Below are positions 24,280 through 34,884 of a DNA stretch of 35,699 nucleotides, piece after piece (the first letter of the stretch is position 1; each line of letters begins with the position of its first letter). Source of the DNA: Octopus bimaculoides (lineage: Eukaryota); contig NC_068984.1 in the NCBI RefSeq assembly GCF_001194135.2, positions 106,465,098 to 106,500,796 of the forward strand, read 5' to 3'. The notes beneath the pieces are model-generated. The model searched no databases. It was not told where the DNA came from and worked only from the letters and a program-made list of their open reading frames with translations. The position numbers and the translations under genes were made by a program.

Positions 24280-24697
24280 GGTACGTTTTGGTTATCTCAC
24301 ACCCATTGAAAAATTGGATTATCTCCAACTAAAAAAAATGTTTAACCCTCAATAAAAAAAAAAGGAAAAATTAATAAACATGAAAGGTGAAATGATTAAA
24401 CATCTAACTGAATCTGATAATATATTTATAACAAATCATACAAAACTGAAAAAATTAACAAACATGCAAATTGAAAAAATTAAACATCTTATTGAACCTA
24501 ATGACGTTTTTATAACAAATCATAGCATGCCTACTGAGGAGGCTGAAATTCAACATGTGTTGAAGTATTGAATCAAAAGGATCTAACTCTTTTAATCCGA
24601 TCTATTGTCGCCACATAAAATCAACTTTTTAGAGGGGAGATAACCCAATATTTTAATGGCAATTTTTCTAATGGGGATGCGATAATCAAAACGTACC
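24280..24697. mobile_element. 418-bp MITE inserted in a (TA)n microsatellite
   Basis: Terminal GGTACGTTTTGGTTATC vs reverse complement GGTACGTTTTGATTATC (16/17); arms 24280-24335 and 24626-24697; (TA)n on both flanks. Confidence 0.85.
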
Positions 24698-24780
<83 letters not shown>

Positions 24781-24907
24781 ACATCATACAATATTTATAA
24801 TACCTAAATCCGATAGGGACTATTTTGGATCAATCAGTGAATGTAAGAATATTCCAATAGACAGGACGTGAAACTGAATAATGAAATGTTGTTTGCTGGA
24901 AGTATAT

Positions 24908-25158
24908 CATTGACACCCCGTCTGTTATGAAGGCGAGTGTTCAAGGTGATCCAATCAAGGGAACAGCCTACTCTTGTAATTAACGTGCAAGCAGTTGAGT
25001 CCTTTGAATTACAGGTACAGTCCATTTCTGCTAGCTGAGTGGACAGAAGGAACGTCAAATAAAGTATCATGCTCAGACAGAACGTGCTGCCGGGAATCGA
25101 ACACACAAACTTACGATTGTTAGCCGAAATCCCTAACCGCTAAGCTATATGCCGTCAC
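24908..25158 (-). mobile_element. tRNA-derived CORE SINE sharing its 3' module with the 14107 family
   Basis: Minus strand TAGCTTAGCGG (A box), GTGTTCGATTCCC (B box), core, then CCTGTAATTCAAAGGA...CTTGCACGTTAATT...GGCTGTTCCCTTGATTGGATCA...GACGGGGTGTCA. Confidence 0.82.
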
Positions 25159-26341
25159 AACTATACCACAATGTTAAATAATAATTGTAGCAAATGCATC
25201 GAGTTCTTTCTGAATATGTTCGTAAATAGTAACACATACAAACTTTTCCCTGCACGTGCACACGCACGCATACACACACACAGAGACACGTGCGCGCGCA
25301 CACGCACATACACACGCACGGACACGCACACACATACAAGTACGCACGCACATGAATCTTCAGAAGTTTATATCCTCATACAAAACAACTTCAGAATCAA
25401 TGAATGTCACTTTTGAAACTCGTCATCTTTACTTGTGTTAGGACTAGAAACTAGATATAACACAACATAGATAAACAAGTCAAGATTGGTTTCATATATG
25501 AAGTAGGATCCATTTACGATGTTAAGATATACAAAATAAAGCTAGCATAACATATTTTTTAGACGGGAATGATGGTCACTGAATGTAATCAAGCAGAGAA
25601 AATAGAAAATGAAAAAAATGAGATTATGCTGATTTTGTGACAAAGAAAACGGAAGATATCGGCCAAGAATCATAACTCTGAAATATCTTAAATTGAATGC
25701 TGTCTGATTTAGTCTTTACTAAAGTGTGGGAGGAACTTAGATCAAAATTGAATAAGTATTAAATGAAAGATAAATAGAAGTATTATGAGTATAGCTATTA
25801 ACTCTTGACGTAATAGCCACATAAACCATTTATTTATGTTTTCTAGTCTCACAACTCAATATAATTCTGGGTATATATTAGTCTCATATGAAAATTAGTT
25901 GTAGAAATAGGAGTAGTGATACAAAGAAAAAATATATAAGCATGGTTGAAAGTTACTTTAAGCAAAGATTATGAAACATCTATTGAAACAGTCATCTAAA
26001 ACACTTGTAGGTTATATATAGTCTTTAAAAGACATAAAAATACTATTACACCAAATGGTGATTACGCGAGAAACAAAGAGCTTATAAAAATGGATTCAAG
26101 AAGTGCTGATTAGCCTACCAGAGAAGACCTGGAATTTCCAAAGTTTACTCTGTTCAAGGACTTCGCCAAGTATAGAAAGGAGTTTTTTATACGATGTTTT
26201 CATGTAGACAAGTACATTATAAGTAACTGACCATGCATAATCCTAGACATTCGTTCCACTATGAAGAACATCTCAATTTCCATTTTCTTTTTACTTTACT
26301 TTTTCTGATCTGATGATATCTCTGTCTGTCTGTCTCTCTCT

Positions 26342-26379
<38 letters not shown>

Positions 26380-26468
26380 NNNNNNNNNNNNNNNNNNNNN
26401 NNNNNNNNNNNNNNNNNNNNNNNNNNNNNNNNNNNNNNNNNNNNNNNNNNNNNNNNNNNNNNNNNNNN

Positions 26469-26514
<46 letters not shown>

Positions 26515-27139
26515 GTGTGTGAGTATGTATATATATATATATATATATATAAGGAATTGATGTATAAGCATTAAAAAATAAATCCATTGTAAAGAGGTCA
26601 ATTAATATCAGGTCGTTGAAGTCCAGCCTATTATTACATGACAGTTAATTTAAGTCAGTTAAATTTGTATCTATATGCACAATGGCTAAAATGATTATTA
26701 AGCGCAGCATAGCACAACGTGGAAAATGTCCGTCAGAAGATTATGCTTATAACCTTCTGATAGACATTCATTGTCGTGATGGAGAGCTTTGATGCTTAAA
26801 TGACTCGGCACTGAGAGCTATGCTAAAACTCTTGTTAGGGCAACCAATTGCAGTGATGTCGAAAAAGAGAGAGAACACAGTTTGAACACGAGCGACATCG
26901 TTACAAGACACCCGAATATAAAACAAGTGAATGTAGACAACAGTAATGATTGATCGGATTGATGTTTGAAATAGCGGAGGATGAAAACGCCAAAGTGTCT
27001 GACAAAGAGGGCGCAACGTGAAACTGCAGGCGATCAGCTGCAGTTCCGTGCAATTTCAACACCTGACACTACTCTTCTTATATTACATATATTGCAGAAG
27101 ATGTTACAAAACCATATGTGTGAGTTATTCGCTTGCAAG

Positions 27140-27500
27140 TTGTGATCCACCGGATATATTTACTTTCATATTTACTTTCCTACTTAACTACCCCTCTAAC
27201 TATCCACCGCTCTGTCTATCTGTCTACCGACTTACTTTTCTGTTTAACGTTCTACTTACCTATTTGCCTACCTCCCTATCTAACTACTAATCTATCTACC
27301 TACCGACTTACCTATCTACCTGTCTTCTTACCTGTCTACTTACATATCAACTTACATTTCAAATTACCAACCTTTCTACCTACTTACTGACTTACCTACC
27401 CACCTAGCTACCAACTCACCTACCTACCTACCTACCTACCTACCTACCTACCTACCTACCTACCTACCTATATTCCTCGCTACTTATCTACTTACCTACC
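27140..27500. repeat. Degenerate (TACC/TATC/TACT)n tetranucleotide tract
   Basis: Pure (CTAC)n at about 27416-27470 with decayed units upstream. Confidence 0.9.
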
Positions 27501-27765
27501 AACACATTTTTAGATATACATCCATATATACGTGGATAGATGAATCTTCCTCGGTTCCGATGATACGGATAAAGTTAACTGAATTATCTAAATCACTGTG
27601 TAAGCGACCTAGTTTTCCAAAAACACAAATACCTTTAATGTAATTACCAGGTACAATCAGCATAACGCAGTAAATGACAAGGATGTACTTTTGAACAGCA
27701 GCTCTAATCCTGCTATGGGTTTCTGTACTGTTCACGTCTAGCTAGTATGTCACAAGATATAAATC

Positions 27766-27842
27766 GTCCTGATTCTATTGAAAGGAAATCTTACGTAAGA
27801 ACCCACGTAGGGTGATGGAACTCGAAACCTCATGGCAATAAA
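27766..27842 (+). repeat. Decayed hammerhead-like/Penelope pLTR relic
   Basis: CCTGAT-TCTATTG...TGATGGAA-CTC-GAAAC followed by AATAAA; core appears to lack about 4 nt. Confidence 0.35.
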
Positions 27843-28047
27843 GATGCACACACACACACCCACACACACACACACACACATACACACACACGCACACACA
27901 CACACATACATACGTTTATACATACATATATACATATGCACACACACATTAACATACACATATATATAAAAATATATATAGATATAGACAGTTAGACAGG
28001 TTTACACACATATATATATATATATGAGATGCGCATATATATATGTG

Positions 28048-28092
<45 letters not shown>

Positions 28093-28827
28093 NNNNNNNN
28101 NNNNNNNNNNNNNNNNNNNNNNNNNNNNNNNNNNNNNNNNNNNNNNNNNNNNNNNNNNNNNNNNNNNNNNNNNNNNNNNNNNNNNNNNNNNNNNNNNNNN
28201 NNNNNNNNNNNNNNNNNNNNNNNNNNNNNNNNNNNNNNNNNNNNNNNNNNNNNNNNNNNNNNNNNNNNNNNNNNNNNNNNNNNNNNNNNNNNNNNNNNNN
28301 NNNNNNNNNNNNNNNNNNNNNNNNNNNNNNNNNNNNNNNNNNNNNNNNNNNNNNNNNNNNNNNNNNNNNNNNNNNNNNNNNNNNNNNNNNNNNNNNNNNN
28401 NNNNNNNNNNNNNNNNNNNNNNNNNNNNNNNNNNNNNNNNNNNNNNNNNNNNNNNNNNNNNNNNNNNNNNNNNNNNNNNNNNNNNNNNNNNNNNNNNNNN
28501 NNNNNNNNNNNNNNNNNNNNNNNNNNNNNNNNNNNNNNNNNNNNNNNNNNNNNNNNNNNNNNNNNNNNNNNNNNNNNNNNNNNNNNNNNNNNNNNNNNNN
28601 NNNNNNNNNNNNNNNNNNNNNNNNNNNNNNNNNNNNNNNNNNNNNNNNNNNNNNNNNNNNNNNNNNNNNNNNNNNNNNNNNNNNNNNNNNNNNNNNNNNN
28701 NNNNNNNNNNNNNNNNNNNNNNNNNNNNNNNNNNNNNNNNNNNNNNNNNNNNNNNNNNNNNNNNNNNNNNNNNNNNNNNNNNNNNNNNNNNNNNNNNNNN
28801 NNNNNNNNNNNNNNNNNNNNNNNNNNN

Positions 28828-28871
<44 letters not shown>

Positions 28872-28875
<4 letters not shown>

Positions 28876-29124
28876 GTGTGTGTGTGTGTGTGTGTATATT
28901 TGTGTGTGTGTCTGTGTTTTTCTGCTTGACATCTCTTGACAACCGATGTTGGTGTATTTATGTCCCCGTATGCTAGCGGTTCGGTGTTAGAGATGGTTAG
29001 AATAAGTACTAGGCTTACAAAGAATAAAGTTCTGGGGTCGATTTGTTCGTCTAAAAGCAGTGCTCCAGCATGGCTGCAGTCAACATGACAAACTAATAAA
29101 AGAATTAAAGAATAAAAGAATAAA
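28872..29124 (+). mobile_element. 3' half of the 8433-type SINE; head probably in the preceding gap
   Basis: GTCCCCGTA...GCGGTTCGG...GGCTTACAAAGAATAAAGTTCTGGGGTCGATTTG...CTCCAGCATGGCTGCAGTCAA and (AAAGAAT)n tail. Confidence 0.88.
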
Positions 29125-30005
29125 ATTGTGTGTGAGTGTGTGTGTGTGTCGGGGGGTGTATGCACATGCATACGCACATATATATGTATGTATGTATATA
29201 TATTAGTACACCCCCACACATATATATGTGTATATGTATCTGTATATCTCTCTGTATAACTTAGACCACATGATACGTTAAAATAAATACATATAGTTAA
29301 TCGTATGTGTATATAACGTTAAGCCTATACAATAATGCATTCTCACACACTCAGATCCAACACGTATCTTCTTACAAGAGTCGTCTTACGTACGTTCACA
29401 TATACGAACTTTTATTATATTAACAGACACGCAATTATTGATCGTAAAATTGATGCTGCATATCATTGGTTTCTTTATTGAATTTCATCTTTTATTACTT
29501 TTTCTTTTTCAATTTTAACAAAAACAGGTTATGCTAGTGATAAATCACGCTTCATCTTGTGCAGTATTTTTTTCCCATAAAAACTGAGACGCCTCAAATA
29601 TTTTTGAGGAGAAAAATAAAAGTCAGAAAGCTTTTACTACGATGGTGGTGGCTTTATAGAAGGCGACATAAATATTAGGTTTCAGATAGAGAAAATATAA
29701 AAACGCTTTCTTTAAAGAACAAATGAAAAATATTTTACGCACAGACACACACACACAAATACATACATACATACATACATACATACATACATGCATGCAT
29801 ACATACATATATATATGTATACAACTATATGTATGTATACAACTATATGTATGTATATACCTATATATATATATATATATATGTATATGTATATATTTAT
29901 GTACACACGCACATAAAAACATATACACATATATGCCAATATATGACAAGATCTGCTTCATTCAATAACGTTTACAGCTTTGTCATGGCCAAAAGTCAAT
30001 GACAG

Positions 30006-30085
30006 GTGAGTGAATTGCGTTTGTGATATCCCATGTGTGTATGTTGGACAATGTTGCTATTGATTTCTCTTTTTTTCCTTATCAG
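30006..30085 (+). other. Candidate 80-nt spliceosomal intron
   Basis: CAG|GTGAGT donor, TTGAT branch-like motif, TTTCTCTTTTTTTCCTTATCAG|G acceptor. Confidence 0.3.
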
Positions 30086-30632
30086 GAATGTTTAATGTAT
30101 TCATTGAGAGAGATGAAATAACATATAAACTCACCATTTCATCGCAAGTAGATGGATTGCCTACTCAGAGTCTCATCTTGCTATGACTGATTAAAAATCT
30201 AGCAGATAGTAGTATCGTACTTCGAAGCAAGGTGTATGTAATATAAAGAAAACTACTTCGCATTTTATGTGACGATAAGCCTTCGTATCTCATTCCTTAT
30301 GTTCCTCACTACAAAACTGATTCGGTGACGTAAAAAGAAAGAAAACATTGTTTAACTACACTAGCTGTGTAATAGGGAATATACTTTGGTAAAAAATGTC
30401 TAGATTTATATTTAGTATTCTTTTGAACATAGGTTCAAAACCTGTCAAATATTTCTAGTGACTATATCCAGTTGATTGTTTGGTCACCGAGAACACACTG
30501 TACGGAAATAAACATCAATAACAAGAAAGACAGCTACAATGGGTAGTTGTGAGGTACTACTGTAGATGAACTAGTAAAGTTAGAATTTTTAACAGTAATC
30601 TAACAGCTCAGGCTTTTGTTAACCTTCTGGAA

Positions 30633-30782
30633 ATAATTGTTTCTGATAAGGCACAAGGCCAGAAGTTTTGTAGAGGAGGGGCTTAGTCGATAGCACTGAC
30701 TTCACTTTTTGGTTGGTATTTTATTATACCGATCCCAGAGGAATAAAATACAAAGTTAATACCGGCAGTATTTGAACACATA
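30633..30782 (-). mobile_element. Decayed MetaSINE-type copy
   Basis: GGCACAAGGCC, AGTCGAT, TTGGTATTTTATTATACCGATCCCAGAGGAATAAA parallel the 33358 copy. Confidence 0.65.
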
Positions 30783-31277
30783 ACAAATACTGCGTTTTCG
30801 ACGCCATATGGATCCTAGTTAAACAAAAGTGTTTTTTTTAATAAAAATATTTCATAATTTATCTTGCAAGGATTATGTAATGAAAGGCCACGTAAAATAC
30901 CTTGAGCTAATGGTAATACGTTTCGTCATTTTAGTTTTCAAAATGTGGATTTATATTGGCCAATTAGAAAAACTGAGGAAAGTGCAATTGGAAACTTTAT
31001 CAGCTCCTCGAATTTTTTATTTCCGTACGTGTAACGATAACTGCATTGTAAAATCTTACTTCTTCTAATAGTGAAAAAATTATAATTATGCGATGATGAT
31101 GATGATGATAAGATCTTAAGAATTTTACCTACGGTTTTTCAAAAGCTTCTTCAGGATTCATTTCGGAATGAACACATACAAAATACCTCAGTAGAGTAAG
31201 TTCCATGAATCTGCTCTTATATCAGCGTCCTATAGGGCAATGTGTTCAAACTTGGGTTTTATATTATATGGCTTCCT

Positions 31278-31389
31278 TTTCACATATGATCACCGTCTCT
31301 TTGTTTCTTCCTCGTTGTCAACGGCATTTGTAACTCCCCGTCCGTGACTTTTCAGATGGCTTTTCTGATCCGCTGCAGATCTGCATGGT
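31278..31389 (-). mobile_element. Solo 3' tail (about 110 bp) of the RTE element at 34885
   Basis: TTTCACATATGATCACCGTCTCTTTG...CTGATCCGCTGCAGATCTGCATGGT aligns with 34885-34995. Confidence 0.85.
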
Positions 31390-32215
31390 ACAACTATGAA
31401 GAAGGTAGCACCTTATAGGCTTTGCATCAGAATGGGCATAGCTTTATTGATGTCCAAGTGATTGACCTGTTCGTTACCTGTAAGTAATCATACTGTTCTT
31501 TAACAATTTGGATAAATTTAAAATCTATCTCGTAGTACTTGACGCTGTAACAGAATAGTTTCGTACTGGTTAAAATCAGCACATAGATCTTTTAATCCCG
31601 AACCTTTCTTTTTTCTAATGAATTCAATTTTCAAAGAAGTTACGATTAATAAAATCCGTAAGTATTGCTCAGTAAACATAGCATCTCACTTCATAACAAT
31701 GTATCAATTCCTATTCATCCTTTAAATCACGTGACACCTGCTATAGTTAGCAGGTGTCAAGTGATAGTTGCTGTACACATCGTTAGGATAGAAGGATATG
31801 AAAAAAAAAAATAATTACGCTAATGTGTTTTCTGCAAAAACCATTTTGTTTAGGTTGCGAAAAGTAGACGCTTAAAATCAAAGCATGTGAAAATAAATAT
31901 TGAGATACAGAAGATAGAGTACAACCAATAATAATTCGAATATTTCTGGAATTGTATTCTCTTTACTAACAAATAGGTAGGAGGGTAAATAATTTTCTAC
32001 TTCCTTATCGTGCAGATGATAACTGCATCGAGATCAGCTTCATGCAAATAATTACTAACTTTATAATTATTTTTTCGTATTATGTTTTCACAAAACAATA
32101 TAATAGTTTACCGAATTATAGTCTACGAGTTCTACTGCATGACAAACTTATATAATGTTTGTGAATAAAGAATGACCGCCACAGACAAATTTTCTTCCTT
32201 TCTAGAAGATATCTA

Positions 32216-32280
<65 letters not shown>

Positions 32281-32842
32281 ACGTGTACGTGTACGTGTGT
32301 ATATGTGTGTGTTGAAAGAACTCGATAAATCATGATTAATCACCCGGTAGCTGTCTACGAACACAATTCGCTTCTCATTGCATCATTTAAACCTTCTGGA
32401 AAGAAGGAATTGTGAAACACACTGATGCTTTTTTTGATTTCATTCACTATAGAAATTGGAGCTAATCAAAGCAAAACAATCTTAATTTTCATACTAATTA
32501 CTTTATTTCTTTCTAAAGAAATTTGATTAGTTGACATGACAGATTAAACTGTTAAGATGAAAGCAAACGAAATCAGAAGAGAGCCAACAGTTCATTTAAA
32601 AGGAAATATTTCCTTAGAATAAACATGTTAAAACTTTCAATCTGTTAATTAATATATTTAGTTGGCATTGAGGTTAACTTGTTTTGTTAGTTTAGTTGGT
32701 ATCAGATCCATTAAAACTTCATTGATTTTTAAACTTTAAATAATGATATCTGTTGAGTTGGCAGCAGCCCAGTTTAACATGACAGATTTAGTCGAAACAA
32801 GAACTTATTGAAAGAAACGAAGTTGATGCTGTCGGAGAGAAC

Positions 32843-32865
32843 ATGGCCGGCCCGCACGTGTAAGT
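32843..32865 (+). other. Candidate first coding exon (aacATGG, MAGPH-, donor GTAAGT) in a CpG-enriched non-repetitive island
   Basis: Kozak-like ATG at 32843; GTAAGT at 32860; overlapping CACGTG; no homology recognised. Confidence 0.2.
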
Positions 32866-33357
32866 AGGCACCAGTGTTGCATGAAGCAAGACTCTAAAAT
32901 AAATATCACAAGGCATCACTCCCGACGCTCTAACAGCTCTGCTAGTAAGCCGCACTGGAATGTTACTTTCTCTTCTAATCCAACATAAGTAAAGGCACGT
33001 CACGGTGGGATTAGAATTCAGAGCGGAGATCAAAAACATTATTGTCGGTGGTCTTACGAATCTGTTGTACATAATAACACGTACACACTCACGCACACAA
33101 ACTAACAGTATGTATTTGTGTATATGTGTGCGTGTCTGTGTATGTGGATGAAGTGGCCATAAAAACTATGTCATTCATAATGTGTTTCCACACACCTAAT
33201 ATATAATAAGCACAATTAAGAGGAACTATAATTTTTAGGCCCCTCTGGCAACACTGAGAAAATAGCATGCACAGGACGTTTAGTGAAACATTATCTAGGG
33301 TGAGTTCCTATTTTCAGCTTTAGATTCACATAGCGAAATTGCAGTTAATTCTTATAT

Positions 33358-33576
33358 TACTTTTAAATTTTGGCACAAGGCCAACAATTTCGGTGGAGGA
33401 TAGTTGGTTACATCGACCTCAGTTCAGTATTCAACTGGTACTTATTTAATCGACTCCGAAAGGATGAATGGCACAGTCAACCTCGACAGAATTTGAACTC
33501 AGGATGTAAAGTCGGACGAAATGTCGCGAAGTATTTTTCCCAGCGTGCTAATGATTCTGTCAGCTCACAGCCTTAA
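33358..33576 (-). mobile_element. Full-length MetaSINE-type element with 13-bp TSD
   Basis: tRNA head (AGCTGACAGAATCATTAG; GAGTTCAAATTC), central CATCCTTTCGGAGTCGATTAAATAAGTACCAG; TTAATTCTTATAT at 33345-33357 and 33577-33589. Confidence 0.92.
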
Positions 33577-33849
33577 TTAATTCTTATATCAGAAACTTTA
33601 ACTTGAAGCATTTTAATCAAGAATTTGGGTTTAGATTTTCTTTGAGCTAAAAGAATTCAAGTAGCTAAAACAAGTCACGCAACAATCTACAAGGATTTTC
33701 TGAAGAATTAGTCTTCAAGATGAAAGCGTTTAATCAGAATGACAGAGCATATGAAGTCGAGCAATTAAAAAAAGAATTATGAATAAAATACCTTTGAAAA
33801 GTGAATATTATATGTTAGAATTTAAAAGGAAAATGGAATTATTTTGTTG

Positions 33850-33886
33850 AGAAAGAAAGAAAGAGAGAGAGAGGGAGGGAGGGAGG

Positions 33887-33967
<81 letters not shown>
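33850..33967. repeat. (GAAA)/(GGGA)/(GA)n compound microsatellite
   Basis: Directly visible. Confidence 0.97.
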
Positions 33968-33969
<2 letters not shown>

Positions 33970-34181
33970 AAGGGACGTGGTCTTATGGACCAAAGAAGAG
34001 TCATTGTTACTTATTTATGGAAAATCTTCGTCAATAACATACATAATTGTCCTTGGTATGAAGAGATGAAAAATGTTAGGTTAGCAAGACAGAAATGTTG
34101 CTTAACATTATTTTGATAATTGAGAAGAATGAAATTTATCATAATACCTAACTCGTTAAATTTCATAACAGCATATCATGT

Positions 34182-34485
34182 TCTATATTTAAGAGATGAG
34201 GAATTATTTACATTATTTACATTATTTACACGGTCATATGGCGTAGTGGTTAAGAGCGCGGGCTACTAACCCCAAGATTCCGAGTTCGATTCACGGCAGC
34301 GACCTGATTAATAATAGTAATAATAATAATATAATAATAGTAACATCGTTAGGAATGAGAACCCAGGTTCGAAATTTCCCCAAGACACCTGACGAAGGCT
34401 GGAGGGTATATCAGCCGAAACGTTGTGTTAACAACAAACAAGATGAGGACAAATATCCGTCAAATGTAAATAATGTAAATAATGT
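34182..34485 (+). mobile_element. tRNA-headed SINE with (AAT)n linker and hammerhead-bearing tail, a 5' inverted terminal segment, and a 12-bp TSD
   Basis: A box TGGCGTAGTGG 34239-34249; B box GAGTTCGATTC 34282-34292; TSD AGCATATCATGT at 34170-34181 and 34486-34497; 21-nt inverted repeat 34210-34230/34465-34485. Confidence 0.88.
34384..34429 (+). ncRNA. Minimal type I hammerhead ribozyme motif
   Basis: GACAC-CTGACGA-A-GGCTG[GAGGGTATAT]CAGCC-GAAA-CG-TT-GTGTT: stems I (5 bp, one G-U) and II (5 bp) pair, core nucleotides present, palindromic ACGT stem III. Confidence 0.7.
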
Positions 34486-34697
34486 AGCATATCATGTCTT
34501 ACAAATGTATACATTTAGGCATACGCACTTAAATACATAGAAGTATACATGCACAACTTGCTACAAACATATATAATGCATGCAAGTAAATATGTATGCG
34601 TACATTCGTATATAAATGCATGCATTAATACATTTATATACATACGCATATACATATACACACACATACATACTTGCATAGATACACACACACGCAT

Positions 34698-34745
<48 letters not shown>

Positions 34746-34755
34746 NNNNNNNNNN

Positions 34756-34798
<43 letters not shown>

Positions 34799-34884
34799 TC
34801 CATACATACACACATACATATTTTCATATACATAAATGTATATATATATACACACATACATACATACACACATAAACTGTTTTA

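Noticed and set aside
24380-24571. 63-aa ORF with an internal peptide repeat as a real CDS
   Set aside because: It lies inside a MITE tandem repeat, and unit differences are mostly non-synonymous.
27496-27735. 79-aa minus-strand ORF MNSTETHSRIRAAVQK...
   Set aside because: No recognisable domain or convincing splice context.
31155-31479. Two small plus-strand exon candidates with GTAAGT donors (31155-31195, 31419-31479)
   Set aside because: Their phases are incompatible, and GTAAGT is expected several times by chance in this composition.
8433-33576. Inverted SINE pairs as long-range dsRNA editing substrates
   Set aside because: Opposite-strand copies of the same family are over 8 kb apart and diverged, and no host transcript is established.
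34231-34306. Functional tRNA gene
   Set aside because: Anticodon and acceptor stems do not pair properly and it is fused to a SINE body; the same applies to the other tRNA-like heads.
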